DNA of 45,565 nucleotides from Candidatus Omnitrophota bacterium (GTDB lineage Bacteria; Omnitrophota; Omnitrophia; Omnitrophales; Aquincolibacteriaceae): NCBI GenBank assembly GCA_043803685.1, contig JAZDJU010000057.1, positions 1 to 45,565 of the forward strand, read 5' to 3'. Shown piece by piece: positions 20,088 to 32,000 of this stretch (position 1 is its first letter; each line of letters starts with the position of its first letter). The notes under the pieces were generated by a model. It saw only the letters and a program-made list of their open reading frames with translations, ran no database searches and was not told where the DNA came from. The position numbers and the translations under genes were made by a program.

Positions 20088-20095
20088 AGGCAAAA

Positions 20096-23000
20096 ATGAG
20101 AATACAAACCACTCCCTTCGGGAGCAATCCATTCAAACGAGGTGTCGCTATTTTTACCGCGGCCCTCTTTCTGTCCACATCCCTATTTAACTACGCTCCG
20201 AGTGCATTCGCCCAGTCCCAATTCCAATCGCCGTCTTCATCTGACCAAGTTCGCGGAGGGAACCCATCCGGCAATCTCCATCGCCTAGACCGTGATCGTG
20301 AGATCCGGATCCCTCCCGAATTTGGAAAAATAGACGAAGTCTATTTTGAGCCACGAACCACGAGCCACGAACCACGCAGTGTGGCCCATGGCCCGTGGCC
20401 CGTGGATCAGAAGACGATAGTCTTCATCCAGGACGCCCACGACTCGCTGGAGGCGCAGGAGAACATCGCGAAGATCATCGATCACCTGGTTACGAACTAC
20501 GGCGTCAAGACTGTCTTTGAAGAAGGTTATGAAGGACCGGTTCCCACGGACAAGTATTTCGGGGACATTCAAGATCCGAAGCTCCGCGAGAAGGTCGCGC
20601 GATTTTTCATGGATCACCTGCGCATCGGTGGCGCGGAGTATGCGCACATTAATCGGGACACGATCCACGGGACACGTGCCACAGGAAAAACGGGGGACAC
20701 GTACCACGAACCAAGGGCCACGGAAAAGCTTGTGAGTGGCTCGTGGAACGTGGCTCGTGGAACGGATTGGAATTTGATCGGCGCGGACTCGCTCAAACTC
20801 CACAAAGAGAACGTCGACCAGTACCGGCTTTCAGCGGCCAAGAAAGACGCCATTACGAAAGATCTCAAGGCACTCGACCGGGAATTCAAAACACTCGCGG
20901 GCGCGCGTTTTCCGAAGGAGTTCAAGGAATGGCTCAAAGTAAAAGAGCAGTTTGACGCGAAGAAGATGGATCTGTTTACGTATTTAGCAAGGACGCTGCC
21001 CTTGCTTGAGCCACGCACCACGGGCCACGGGCCACGAAGTGCGAAGGACCAGGCGTGGATCGTGGATCGTGGATCGCGTTCCGGTCTTTTACGTTTCATC
21101 CTCGAGGCCATCAAAACCAACGACCCCGTCGTGATCGAGAAAGCCAAGCAGATCGACGCGCGCGAGGTCTTCAGTGAACTTCTCAAGCTCGAGCAGGCGA
21201 TGGCGGAAACTTATCTCGAAGACGCGGACGATAAGCAGCTTTTTGAATATTACAAGGTCCTCGGACTTCTCCGGCGGCTGAACGATCTTCAGGTGTCGCA
21301 GGAGGAATTTACGGCGCTTCGCGCTAGTCTTGAGTTGGGGGTTGGGAGTTCAGAGAAGTCCTCCGAACTCAAGTCTCCGAACTCCGAACTATTTCATACG
21401 CAGGGCATGGCGGAGTTCATTCACAAGCAAACGCGCAAGACGCTCATTCTCTCGAGGATGTGGGAGCAGAATATTCAGGATGCCGTCAAATTCTACGAAA
21501 TAGCCTCGGCCAGAGATGGCGCGCTCTCGGAGGCGTTGGATCAGTATTTTTTAGCGGAAAGCGATAAGCGTACAGCGGTAAGTAAAAACGTGAGCGCCGA
21601 ATATAACGCTTACCCCTTACCGCTTACCGCTGACACGAGGACAGCCATCCTCGTGTACGGCGGATTCCATAAGGAAGCGATCAAACGGATTCTTGAGGCC
21701 AAGGGGTTTTCTTATATCGTTGTGAGCCCGCGCATCACAAAGCCCAGTCCGCGCCACGAAGAGTTCTATAAAAAACTCATGACGGATGGCGCTTTGCCAT
21801 TTGAAAGATCGATCGCTTCGGGTTTGGCGACCGCCGCCCGCAACCTGACCCTTTACAGCGGTATGCCCGACACCGTGGCTCGCGCCGAAGTCCGCGCCGT
21901 CTCGGACGCTCTTCTCGCCAATCCCCAGGCTGATCTCGGAACTTTAGACCGCCAGCTTTCCATCGCACGACGTCCAGAGGGAGAAGTTAGAGCGGCGGAT
22001 TCGTTTCGTTCTTTGGCGGGAGTCCAAGACAAGGCCAGGTCGGAGGTGCGGGGGGCTCTATCGTGGTTGGAGGGGATGAAAGAAACGATCGGGGAATTTA
22101 TGGCTGTCGGCCAGGCTCTTTACCCGCCATTCATTTTCTGGCCCATTTTGATTGTGATGGGGGGAGGCATCTTCATGATCGTCTATGGGGGTATTTTTCG
22201 GCCCCTCCAGTACTTCTTTTATTTCCGCAATGAAAAACAAAAGCATCAATTGTTCAAAGATAGGCTCGCCGATTTTTTAAACAATCAGCGGAATGGCCAA
22301 TGGCAAGAACGCCCCGAAGAGGCCAAGGCAACGATTGCTTCCTTTCTTGAAGAACTGGATCGTAAAGAATTCTTTAAGAGACCTTTGCCTATCGCGATCG
22401 GGATCCTCAATCAATACGGGTCTGGGATCGGGGCCCCGATCCTTGTGGCGAAGCTGGACGCATCGTCAACCGGGATAATGTTGCGAAGCTTTTTTGGGCT
22501 GATTAACGCATATCTTGGGGAGAAAGAACATGCCAGTTATTTTTCTCACCGGTTCGATCAATCAGTCGACCGCTATTTCACCACCGGACGACGGTCGGGG
22601 GGAGAGGTTGGGGTTCGCTCGGAGGTGCGGGCCGCCTCAGGAGATCAGGCGAGCCTCGCCTCTCAAAAAGAGAGGCGGGAGCAGCAAACCCCCGTCAATT
22701 ATAAATCCCTACTTAATGATATTTGGCAGAGCATTCCTAAAGAACAGAGAGGAACAAAGGTTGAATATATCGTCCTACCCGAAGAGGATGGAAAACAGTA
22801 CAGGGCTTCCGTAACATTTGAACTCTTTGGGAAAACATGGATGTTTACGGCGACACAAACACAGCCGGATCGTAAATGGGCGGAACGTGAAGCTGCTTAT
22901 GTGGCTTATGAAGACGTTGCCTTTCGAGATCTTCTTGCTTCAAAAAATATCGCTCTGCCGCTTCCACAAACCAAACTTAATGAGAAAAGTGCCAGTTTCA

Positions 23001-26000
23001 ATGAACTGGGAGAGCTTTGCGCGGGCCTGCAGTTGAGCTTTCCTCGGATCGCAACGATCCATAGTGGCCGCGCAAGGGATCTGCAATTTGAAACGACGAT
23101 CACCATAGAAACGGAGCCGGGTAAAGGCTACTTGTTCACAAGTGGAAGGGTCCCTCAAGACCGTGATCGATCCAGGTTGAACGCCATTCAAGAGGCCCTC
23201 ACGGGTTTAAGGAACGGAACGGCCGTTGTCCGTAGTATCCCTTTAAAGACGGACCTGCCCGAAGGGCCCAAAATGATCGCGTTAGGCGGAGCAAAAGAAA
23301 TAGGGGCAAGCATGCTATTTTTAGAGTTGGGCAATGCCCGTGTCGTTATCGATAGCGGCCTTCGATTTGAAAAGGGTAATGAGCTTCCGGATATTCGTCT
23401 GCTTAAGAGGTTGCAGCCGACCCATATTGTGCTGACTCACGGGCATCTTGATCACTCGGGAGCGATCCCGCTTTTAAGAACTAATTTTCCACACACAAAG
23501 ATCCTTACTTCGTATGCCACCAAAGACATCACAAAGATCATGCTTCGCGACACCGTCAAAATTAATGAGCTCCAAACAAAGGAAGGGGACAGGGAATTCC
23601 CCCTCTACGATGAAGGGCTCGTCAATGAGGCCATCGCCAATATGCAGGGGCTGGAGTTCGATCGATGGTACAACCTCGCAGATGATGTGAAAATGATGCT
23701 CGCAAGGGCAGGACATATTCTAGGTGCGGCCAGCGTCGTTTTTGCAACTCCGCGCGGGAACGTTCTGGTGACGGGGGATTTCTCGATCAAGCCCCAAGCT
23801 CTATTGGAGGGATTGAAACTTCCGGAGATGCCGATCGACGTTGTTTTTTCAGAAGCCACCTACGGAAATACAGAACACCACGATCTGGCGGAAGAGGGAA
23901 AGGCCCTTGCGGCGTCCGTGAAAAGAGTGATCGAACGCGGTGGAACGGTTCTCATTCCGGCTTTTGCCATTGGGCGGGCACAAATGGTCGCCAAGATCCT
24001 CGAACAGTATCAAAAAACCGAGCCAGGGTATCCGAAGTTCCCCATTTACCTGGGAGGTCTCGCGCGTGCGATCACAAAACTTTACGATCTGTACCGCGAG
24101 GATATACAACTTCAAACCCTGTCTGGAGAAAAGGTGACCCAAGGGAATGAACGTTTGTTTTTTGAAAAGGGCTCCGCCATTCGAGAGATCAGCGATCCCA
24201 GAAATCTTCAGCAATATCTAGCCCAACCCGGATGCATCATTGTTCCTTCCGGCATGTTGAACGGCGGTTTGTCCCCCGAGTTCGCAAAACTCATACTTCC
24301 CGAGAGGAAGAACGCTCTTTTTCTTGTCGGCTATCAGGACGAAGAATCCCCTGGAGCAAAAATGGCTCGAGTCCAACCAGGCGATATGCTGTCAATCGGG
24401 AAAGAAAACACCCGCGTTCGCGTTCAAGCAGAAGTGATCCGCTACGGGCTTTCAGCTCACGCCGACAAAGCAGATATTATCAGTTTGATCTCAAGATTGG
24501 ATCCTCAGCAGGTTTATCTTTGGCACGGAGAACTATCGGCCACGGATGCCTTGCAAAAGGCCTTAAAGGAGCGCATGCAGGAGCGTCATGTCGTTACACT
24601 GTCCAGTCTTCAAGCGCTGAAACTTGACATGCCGAATGACCGGCAAAAAGCATTTGATGAAATAACCGCGAATAGCTTACCGGAAGACACTGACCAAGGA
24701 GGGCTTAATCTTGAAACCGATGCTCACGTGCGCGCTTTATGGGCGGCGCTCCTTCAGCAGCCGCAACGGATCTCTACGCCGGCAGACATCAGAAGGTTCT
24801 TCCTGCGAAAAGATGTGCACAGGTTTTATCCGGAAATCAGGATCGTAAAAATACTCAACTCCCCACTTGGCAGGCGTTTTTTCAATGCTATATGGGCGGG
24901 AAACCAAACATTCTTTTCCCCCAAACTTCCTGGGGAGATCGAGCAAAAAAAATTCCGCTCTGAAATACGTGATCTAGATCAGTTCCCGAGCCTGGCTCGT
25001 CCAGAGGGAGAGACCCAAGCCCGCGCCGAGGTTCGAGATCATAAAACGGAAAGCGAATCCACCGAACGCCGTTCGGAGGGAGAGGTTGGGGCTCGCTCCG
25101 ATACGCCTGTAAAACAGGACGGAACCGTCCCTCTTTCCAGAGCGGAGGTGCGAGAGGGTTCATGGCCCACGTGGATCCGTTCCGCGACCGGCCCCATGCG
25201 ATATCGGGACTTGTACGAGAGATTCTTCGCAGTTCGGGGTGAATATCAAGGCGACATCCATGTTGTAATCGCCGGGCCAGGATATATGGAAAATGCTGGA
25301 GGCATTCTCTCATCACCTCAAACTATTGAGATCCTGGCGGCGCTCAAAAGAGATTCAAAAGTTCACTGCACTATTATTGATCGAGAGCCCCGGGTGGTCC
25401 AGATCGCCACGCATCCTGGTATTTATCCCTTCGACAACATTTATCCCTTTGATACGGAAAAACCCATGTGGAAATCTTTAATGGCGCTTATGGGTGGCGA
25501 AGCAGGCAGGGATCGGGAATATACGCTTTTCCATGTGGATCCAGAACAAACGAAGAACTTCCAGATCCAGGGAATGGTTCAAGAGTTCGAGAAAATGGAC
25601 TACGGAGAAGATCAGACCGATCTGTTCATTGGGACGCAATCTTTTATCTATGCTTTGAAGGAGATGAAAGACAAGACGGAGCGAATGAATTTTCTTTCAA
25701 GGGTTGTCCGATCTTTGAAGCCCCAGGGTCGATTGTTCATCGACGAGCATACCTTCGGGGCCATTTTGGGTGAGCGTCTTGGCGGTCGTGATGCCACTCA
25801 AAAAAAACAGATCATGCTGTCCTATATCCCCTTGTTGTCGCAAACGATAAACGCCACCGCTGGCGCAGAGGTGAAAATAGAGATCCACGGAGAAATCGTG
25901 GAAATTTTAAAAACAGAAAGCCGCTCCGAGGCGCGGGCGGCAACAGAGCCGGTCAAGCTTCCAGAGAAAGAGAAAACATCCTCTTTCGTTTCAGCTGAAG

Positions 26001-29000
26001 TTCGACAATTCTTCGCCCATCTGGCGACCATGACCGAAGGGATCGAGAGGCAACGGCAAAACATGGTCCGGGGGGCTGTTCTTTCAGGCTGTGTGGGCGC
26101 GCTGTTTTTGATCTCTTGGCTGTTTCCGTTCCGAGCGGACATTCCCGAGGGTTGGGCGGCGCTTTCCAGTCTTTTCGTATCTTTATGCGTCGGAGCTATG
26201 AGCGGATTTATAACGCACAAGATATGGGACTCGCGCTCACGGAAATATTCTTTGTATTATTTAGATAACATCAAAAAGATCGCCCATCCTGAAAGAGAAG
26301 AAAATCTCCAAACATTAAAGACCTTGATCCCGGGAGCGGACGATCTGGGGAAGGCCTACGACATGATGCTGAGCGATGTCACCACCCGCTTCAAGAACGG
26401 AAGGCTTTCCGGAAGATTATCCGTTCGGTTGCGCATCCTGCCTCGAGGACAAGAAAATCCCCGTCATACTTTTTGGAAAGGCTTCTGGAATCGCGCCGTT
26501 GCGGAGATCCGGTTCGATCATTCCCGGATCGTGATCAAGGCCAAAGGCAAAAAAGAAGAGGTTTTTCCCGTGGTGATCCCCACCGGCGATTATTCTTCGG
26601 TCAAGGCGCTTGTGATACAGGGCAGAAAGGCGATCAGGCGGAACATCGAAGAGCTGATCTTTGAAAAAACGGGAGCCCGGCTGGGGCGATCTTTTGAAGA
26701 GATCGTGGGGTTGATGGAGGCATCCGGGCGGGTTGTGACGCTTGAGGTCACGGGTGAGACGATCGCGTTACACAGTGATCTTGACGAAGTTTCCGTGACG
26801 ATCGACGATCAAGGGGAAATCCTGAAATTGCCTTTTTACAGCCACGGCCTGTACTCCCCAACACTGTTCAAGCGTTACGGGAAATATCTCTTTGGATATC
26901 ATTCCCATCCTGTGATCCGAGGCATCACTCCCGATGATATGGATGTGATCGAAAGCTCCTCAGAGACCTTTGATCGTCCCATCCCCGAGATCATCTGGAG
27001 CCGGAACGGCTCTACGGAATTATACGGAGACGTCTATATGCCGGTCCCCGAAAAAATTTCTGAAAGGAACGGCCTGGAAAGTTATTTTGGCGTTAGTGAT
27101 GTTCCCGTCCTGACCCTGAAAGTGACCCTGCCTTCTGAATTTAATTTGGGTTCCACTCCCGCGGCCAACGCTCGCTCCGAGATGCGTACCGTGCCATTAG
27201 AAATGCGCACGGAACTTTCTGAAGTTGTGAATGTCTCCAGGACCCAGCGGCCGAGCTTGTCGACAGCTGAGCCGATGTCTTCTGTTGCCCGGGAGATCTT
27301 AAAGTTATTGGCTTCGGTGGACGGAAGATACATTCGAAGATCCCACGTCACACCCAGGATCGTTCAACTCTTGTTGAGCATTCAAAGGGATGGAAAACCG
27401 GTTTTTCGTCATGGCCACGCGCAAAAGATCGGGAACTTACGGAAGATAGGGGAGCGGCTTCCTTTGCTGGAATATTTACTTGCCTACAAAAGCTCGGTTG
27501 CGGGAAAGTCAACGTTCATGTTCCAAGGCACGCATATCTCCATGATCCTGAAAAGCTCGCGCTCCCAGGACGAGATCAAACGCGTGATCGAGCTGTTAAT
27601 CAAGTTGAAGATCACCGAAAGCAGCCCGATCTCGAAGATCGTTTTTAGTTCTCGGCCTGAAGAGGAGATCCCCGGATTGGTCAGGGTATTAAGGAGGTTG
27701 GGAATCACCGAAAACAGTCCGGTCGCTACGATCTTACAAGGGACCCGGCCTGAAGCCGAGAGCGAGAGAGTGATCGAGGTGTTAAGGAAGTTGGAGATCA
27801 ATGAAAGCAATCCGATCGCAATGATATTGAACAGCTCTCGACGCGAGGAAGAGATCCCGGAATTGATCGGGTTGTTAAAAAAGCTTGGCATCACTGGAAG
27901 TAACCCTGTCGCTATGATCTTGCAAAGCTCGCGTCCCGAGGACGAGATCAAGCGTGTGATCGAGCTATTGGATGGGTTGGGGATCACGGAAAGCAATCCG
28001 GTCGCCAAGATCTTGCATAGCGATAGATCCGAAGACGAGATCAAGCGTGTGATCGAGCTGTTAGATGGGTTGAAGATCACTGGAAGCAGTCCAGTCGCCA
28101 AGATCTTGGAAAGTTCGCGTTCCGAGGCCGAGATCAAGCGTGTGATCGAGCTGTTAGATGGGCTAAAGATCACAAGAAGCAGTCCAGTCGCCATGATCTT
28201 GCAAAGTTCGCGTTCCGAGGCCGAGATCAAGCGTGTGATCGAGTTGTTAGATGGACTAAAGATCACAAGAAGCAGTCCAGTCGCCATGATCTTGGAAAGT
28301 TCGCGTTCCGAGGCCGAGATCAAGCGGGTGATCGAGCTGTTAGATGGGCTGGGGATCACGGAAAGCAGTCCGGTCGCAAGGATACTGCACAGTTCTCGAT
28401 CTGAGGCGGATATCCGGAAAGTGATCGGGATGTTAAGGGGATTGGAGATCACCGACAGCCATCCGATCTCTCTGATCTTGCAAAGCTCGCGTCCCGAGGC
28501 CGAGATCAAGCGAGTGATCAAGTTATTAGATGGGCTGGGGATCACGGAAAGTGGTCCTGTCGCTATGATCCTTTACAGCTCTCGACGCGAAGATGAGATC
28601 CCGGAATTGATCAGATTGATAAAGAGTCTGGGCGTCACTGAAAGTAACCCGATCGCTAGGGTGTTGCGAAGTTCGCATGACCAAGGCCAGATCAAGAAAA
28701 TGATCGAGTTTCTAGATGGTTTGAAGATCACTGGAAGTAATCCTGTCGCCACGATCCTGCAAAGTTCTCGCCCCAAGGACGAGATCAAGCGGGTGATCCA
28801 GTTATTAAATGGGTTGGGGATCACGGAAAGTGGTTCTGTCGCTATGATCCTTTACAGCTCTCGACGCGAGGATGAGATCCCGGAATTGATCAGGTTGATA
28901 AGGGGCCTCGGAATTACCGAAAGCCTTCCGATCGCGAGGATCATAAAGAGGTCGCGATCGAAGAAAGACTTAAAAGCTTTTGATGGGTATAAGCGCAAAA

Positions 29001-32000
29001 TGGAGGAGAAGCATTATCCCGGGCATTTTGTTCCCTATGTTTTAAGTCGCTTAGCCCTAAGCAAGTCTCCGGATAGCTTGTTTAGCAAGATCATCGCGTT
29101 TGATTTTAACGTAGCCCGATCGTATGCAGAGCAGATGCCGCTCAATACCAGCAGAAGAGAGTTTGACAGTTATTTTGGCAGTATGTTTGGCGGTATGTTT
29201 GACGGTATGGGGGAATGGCTTTTGCGGTTCCTGGGGAAAGACTTCCGTTCTTTACGGGCAGTGATCCGCGGCTACGCAAAAGAGCTTTTGTTGCTGGATG
29301 TTTTTCCGGAAGGCATGGGTATGGACAGAATGAGTCCCGTGAGTCAAACGACAGGCGTGGATCGTTCACGGCTTTGGCAGTTCCTCGAACCCAGCATCGC
29401 GGCACTTTCCCATGACGAGCAGGAGGTTGTTGAAGCTTTTCTGGAGGGGATTACGGAGAGCGAGATCGGTGTTATGTACCCGTACATTTCATTCCAGGGA
29501 TTACTGGACAAGCTTAGGGCAGCGCTAGAGCAGGGAGTCGATCTGAGAGAGGGTGTTTATTCGGCTACTTTTAATAGATATACGGGATTCGAGCCTCCGA
29601 TGGAAGACGCCCCATCAGGGGAGCCAACCTTTGCCATGCCTTTGCTGCCGGACGCTTCAGGTGGTTTGGGAGATGCGCTAGAGACTCGCTCCGAGATGCG
29701 GAGCGCGGAAGGCCCTAGGGCAAGAACGGCGTTGGATGGTTACGCGGATTCTATGGCGCTTTATCCTCGGGGGCTCCTGCATTCGATAGACCTTAGGGAA
29801 TCCCTCGATCCTTTTGATAAAACGAATTATGAATTCGTGGAAACGCCGGAGGGCAATTATTGGCGATCCAAACATTTCAAAGGCGCCAACGAACTCGTTT
29901 TGGGTTCCTGGGAGGATATTGTTGCCGTGGACCCTGCGCTTCCGGCCAAGATGAAAAGGAATATCGTAACGCGTTATAAATTGTCCGATGGGAAAACGGC
30001 GAGTTTTTATTACTTCGACGATCACGGCCGGTCTGTCGCATACGCGATGGAGGCGGTCGCTAGAGGAGAAATGCCAGCCGTGGGCAACACGCAGATATTT
30101 ATCGATGCCCATGAAGACAACCATGAGGCTCCGGCGTCGCCTTCCATGCCGATCTCTTTGGAGGACTGGGATTCTCTGACCGGAACGCAGGTGCGCGCTG
30201 ACAATTTTAATACGGCGCTGGGGCGTATCCAGTTCTTGAAGAACCATCTCCATATCAAACGGGTGGGGAATGCTTCAAAGTTTGACTATTGGTTGGTCGG
30301 GAAGAAGCAAAGCTACTTTGAGTTCCGGATGCGTCCGCAGAACCAGCCTGCCATGATCAATATCGACACCGATACGACCGGACAAACGAAGTATTTTCTG
30401 AACGCGCCCTCTCCCAAGCTCGGCGTGGAGGCCTCTGATCTGAGGTTTTATTCAGAGCTTCTGTTGAGGCTTTCGCGCAAAGATGGCGTGTCCCCCTCGA
30501 CCTTTCACGCGACGACCACCAGCGCGCATGCCACGCAAGACGTCTATACAGAATTTGGCGACGTCCGCATCGTCCAGTTCCTTGCAAGGGTCGCTCCGGC
30601 GATCTTGTTGTATCCGCCGGAGAAATTGAGTGAAACGAAGCTCACGCCCCTTATCAATCAAGTGATCCCCGCATACGTTACCGCCCGGCCATCGGCTGGA
30701 AATGTTAAGTCCCGTTCGGAAGTGAGGACCGGGATTGTTGGGAATCCATTTCCGAGGCTTCGATCGATGGGGCAGGTCGGGAGAACACATTTGTTTAATG
30801 CTTTTACCGGGAAATATGAGATGCGGAATCTGCTCAAGGGAGGTCCGATCAGACAACCAGATTTCTTCGCAGCATTGAGTCGCGATGAGAGCAAGTTGGA
30901 AATGCTGAGGAGAAAGTACGGTGAGATGGTTGGAGATACATCGTTCGATCCAAACTTTGCGAACCCGGAAGATGTTGTCGCGTTTGATCCGGTGATCGAC
31001 CAATTCCTGGAAGGAAAGTTGGGCGCTAGCTTGATCTACAAACCTAACCATGGGGCTTGGAGTCAAAAGGTGTTTTTTTTGACGAGGGATACGGAAAATA
31101 ATGTGACGGTTTCCATGAACCTCGGGAAGGGTTTAATTACCAATGATTTTGCCAAGACGCTGCGGGACTATTTTAAGGAAACTGGCGAAGCTGAGATCCG
31201 GGAAAACTCGAGTGATTCGGCTAATCCGATGGTTCGATTTACACTGCCGTCTTCCCGGGAGGATCTCCGGAATATCCTTCTGAAGATCAAAGATAGGATC
31301 TCTGTTTGGGAGGTTGATAACACTCACCACCATTTTGCTGAATATGATTCAGGAATGATAGAGTCCGCCATGGACTTTGTGAAGCCTGATGGATTTGCTT
31401 ATGAGACACGGCATCGCTTGAAAGGGAATTTATTGAAGGGAACAACTACGCTCGATAAGAAGAGCGCCAGGCAGATGGGCATGGAAGCACTTACAGGTCC
31501 TTCCGGCTGGTTTGCCAGGCTGGGGAGCGACGCCTATTTCACAGGAGGAGAAGATATTCTTTATCCGCAAATGTTCCAACCGCTTTTTAAGGAACTCCAC
31601 CTTCCAAAGACAAGGCAAAAAGAGTTTGAGGAGCATGTGGATCAGCTTGTTAAGGCGGAGTTTGAATACCTTGCGAACCGTCTCAAAGCTGCCGGTATCT
31701 TTCTGGATGCGGATTTGGAAGTGCAGTTCGATCTGATGTGGCTGCCTCCGGAAAAGAATAGTGACGGATTCCCGGTCCCTATTGTTATAGAAGCAGCTAT
31801 TCATAGGAGTTCTGATAAGGGCATTCCTGAAAAAATTCCAGTGCGATCCGAGGATCCCGGACGCCGTCCAGAGGGAGACGTTAAGGCTCGCTCGGAGGTT
31901 CGGGATGAAACAGACGCCGGGCCAGGGACGCCGGACCCAGGGCAACAGCCCGGGCAAAGTATTCAGCCTCCAAGGGAGCAGGAAATTCAGCCCTGGCAAA

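Noticed and set aside
28020..28410. RSE[AD][ED] sequences within the 31-aa repeats as extra linkers
   Set aside because: They lack the final Arg and are part of the repeat scaffold.
27484..28824. Minus-strand repetitive ORFs (353 aa and 83 aa)
   Set aside because: They are antisense shadows of the 93-nt coding repeat; the + frame is continuous with the giant ORF and gives amphipathic helices.
27536..28930. Possible CRISPR array
   Set aside because: The units are contiguous 93-nt coding repeats with synonymous variation, no unique spacers, and no cas genes in the window.
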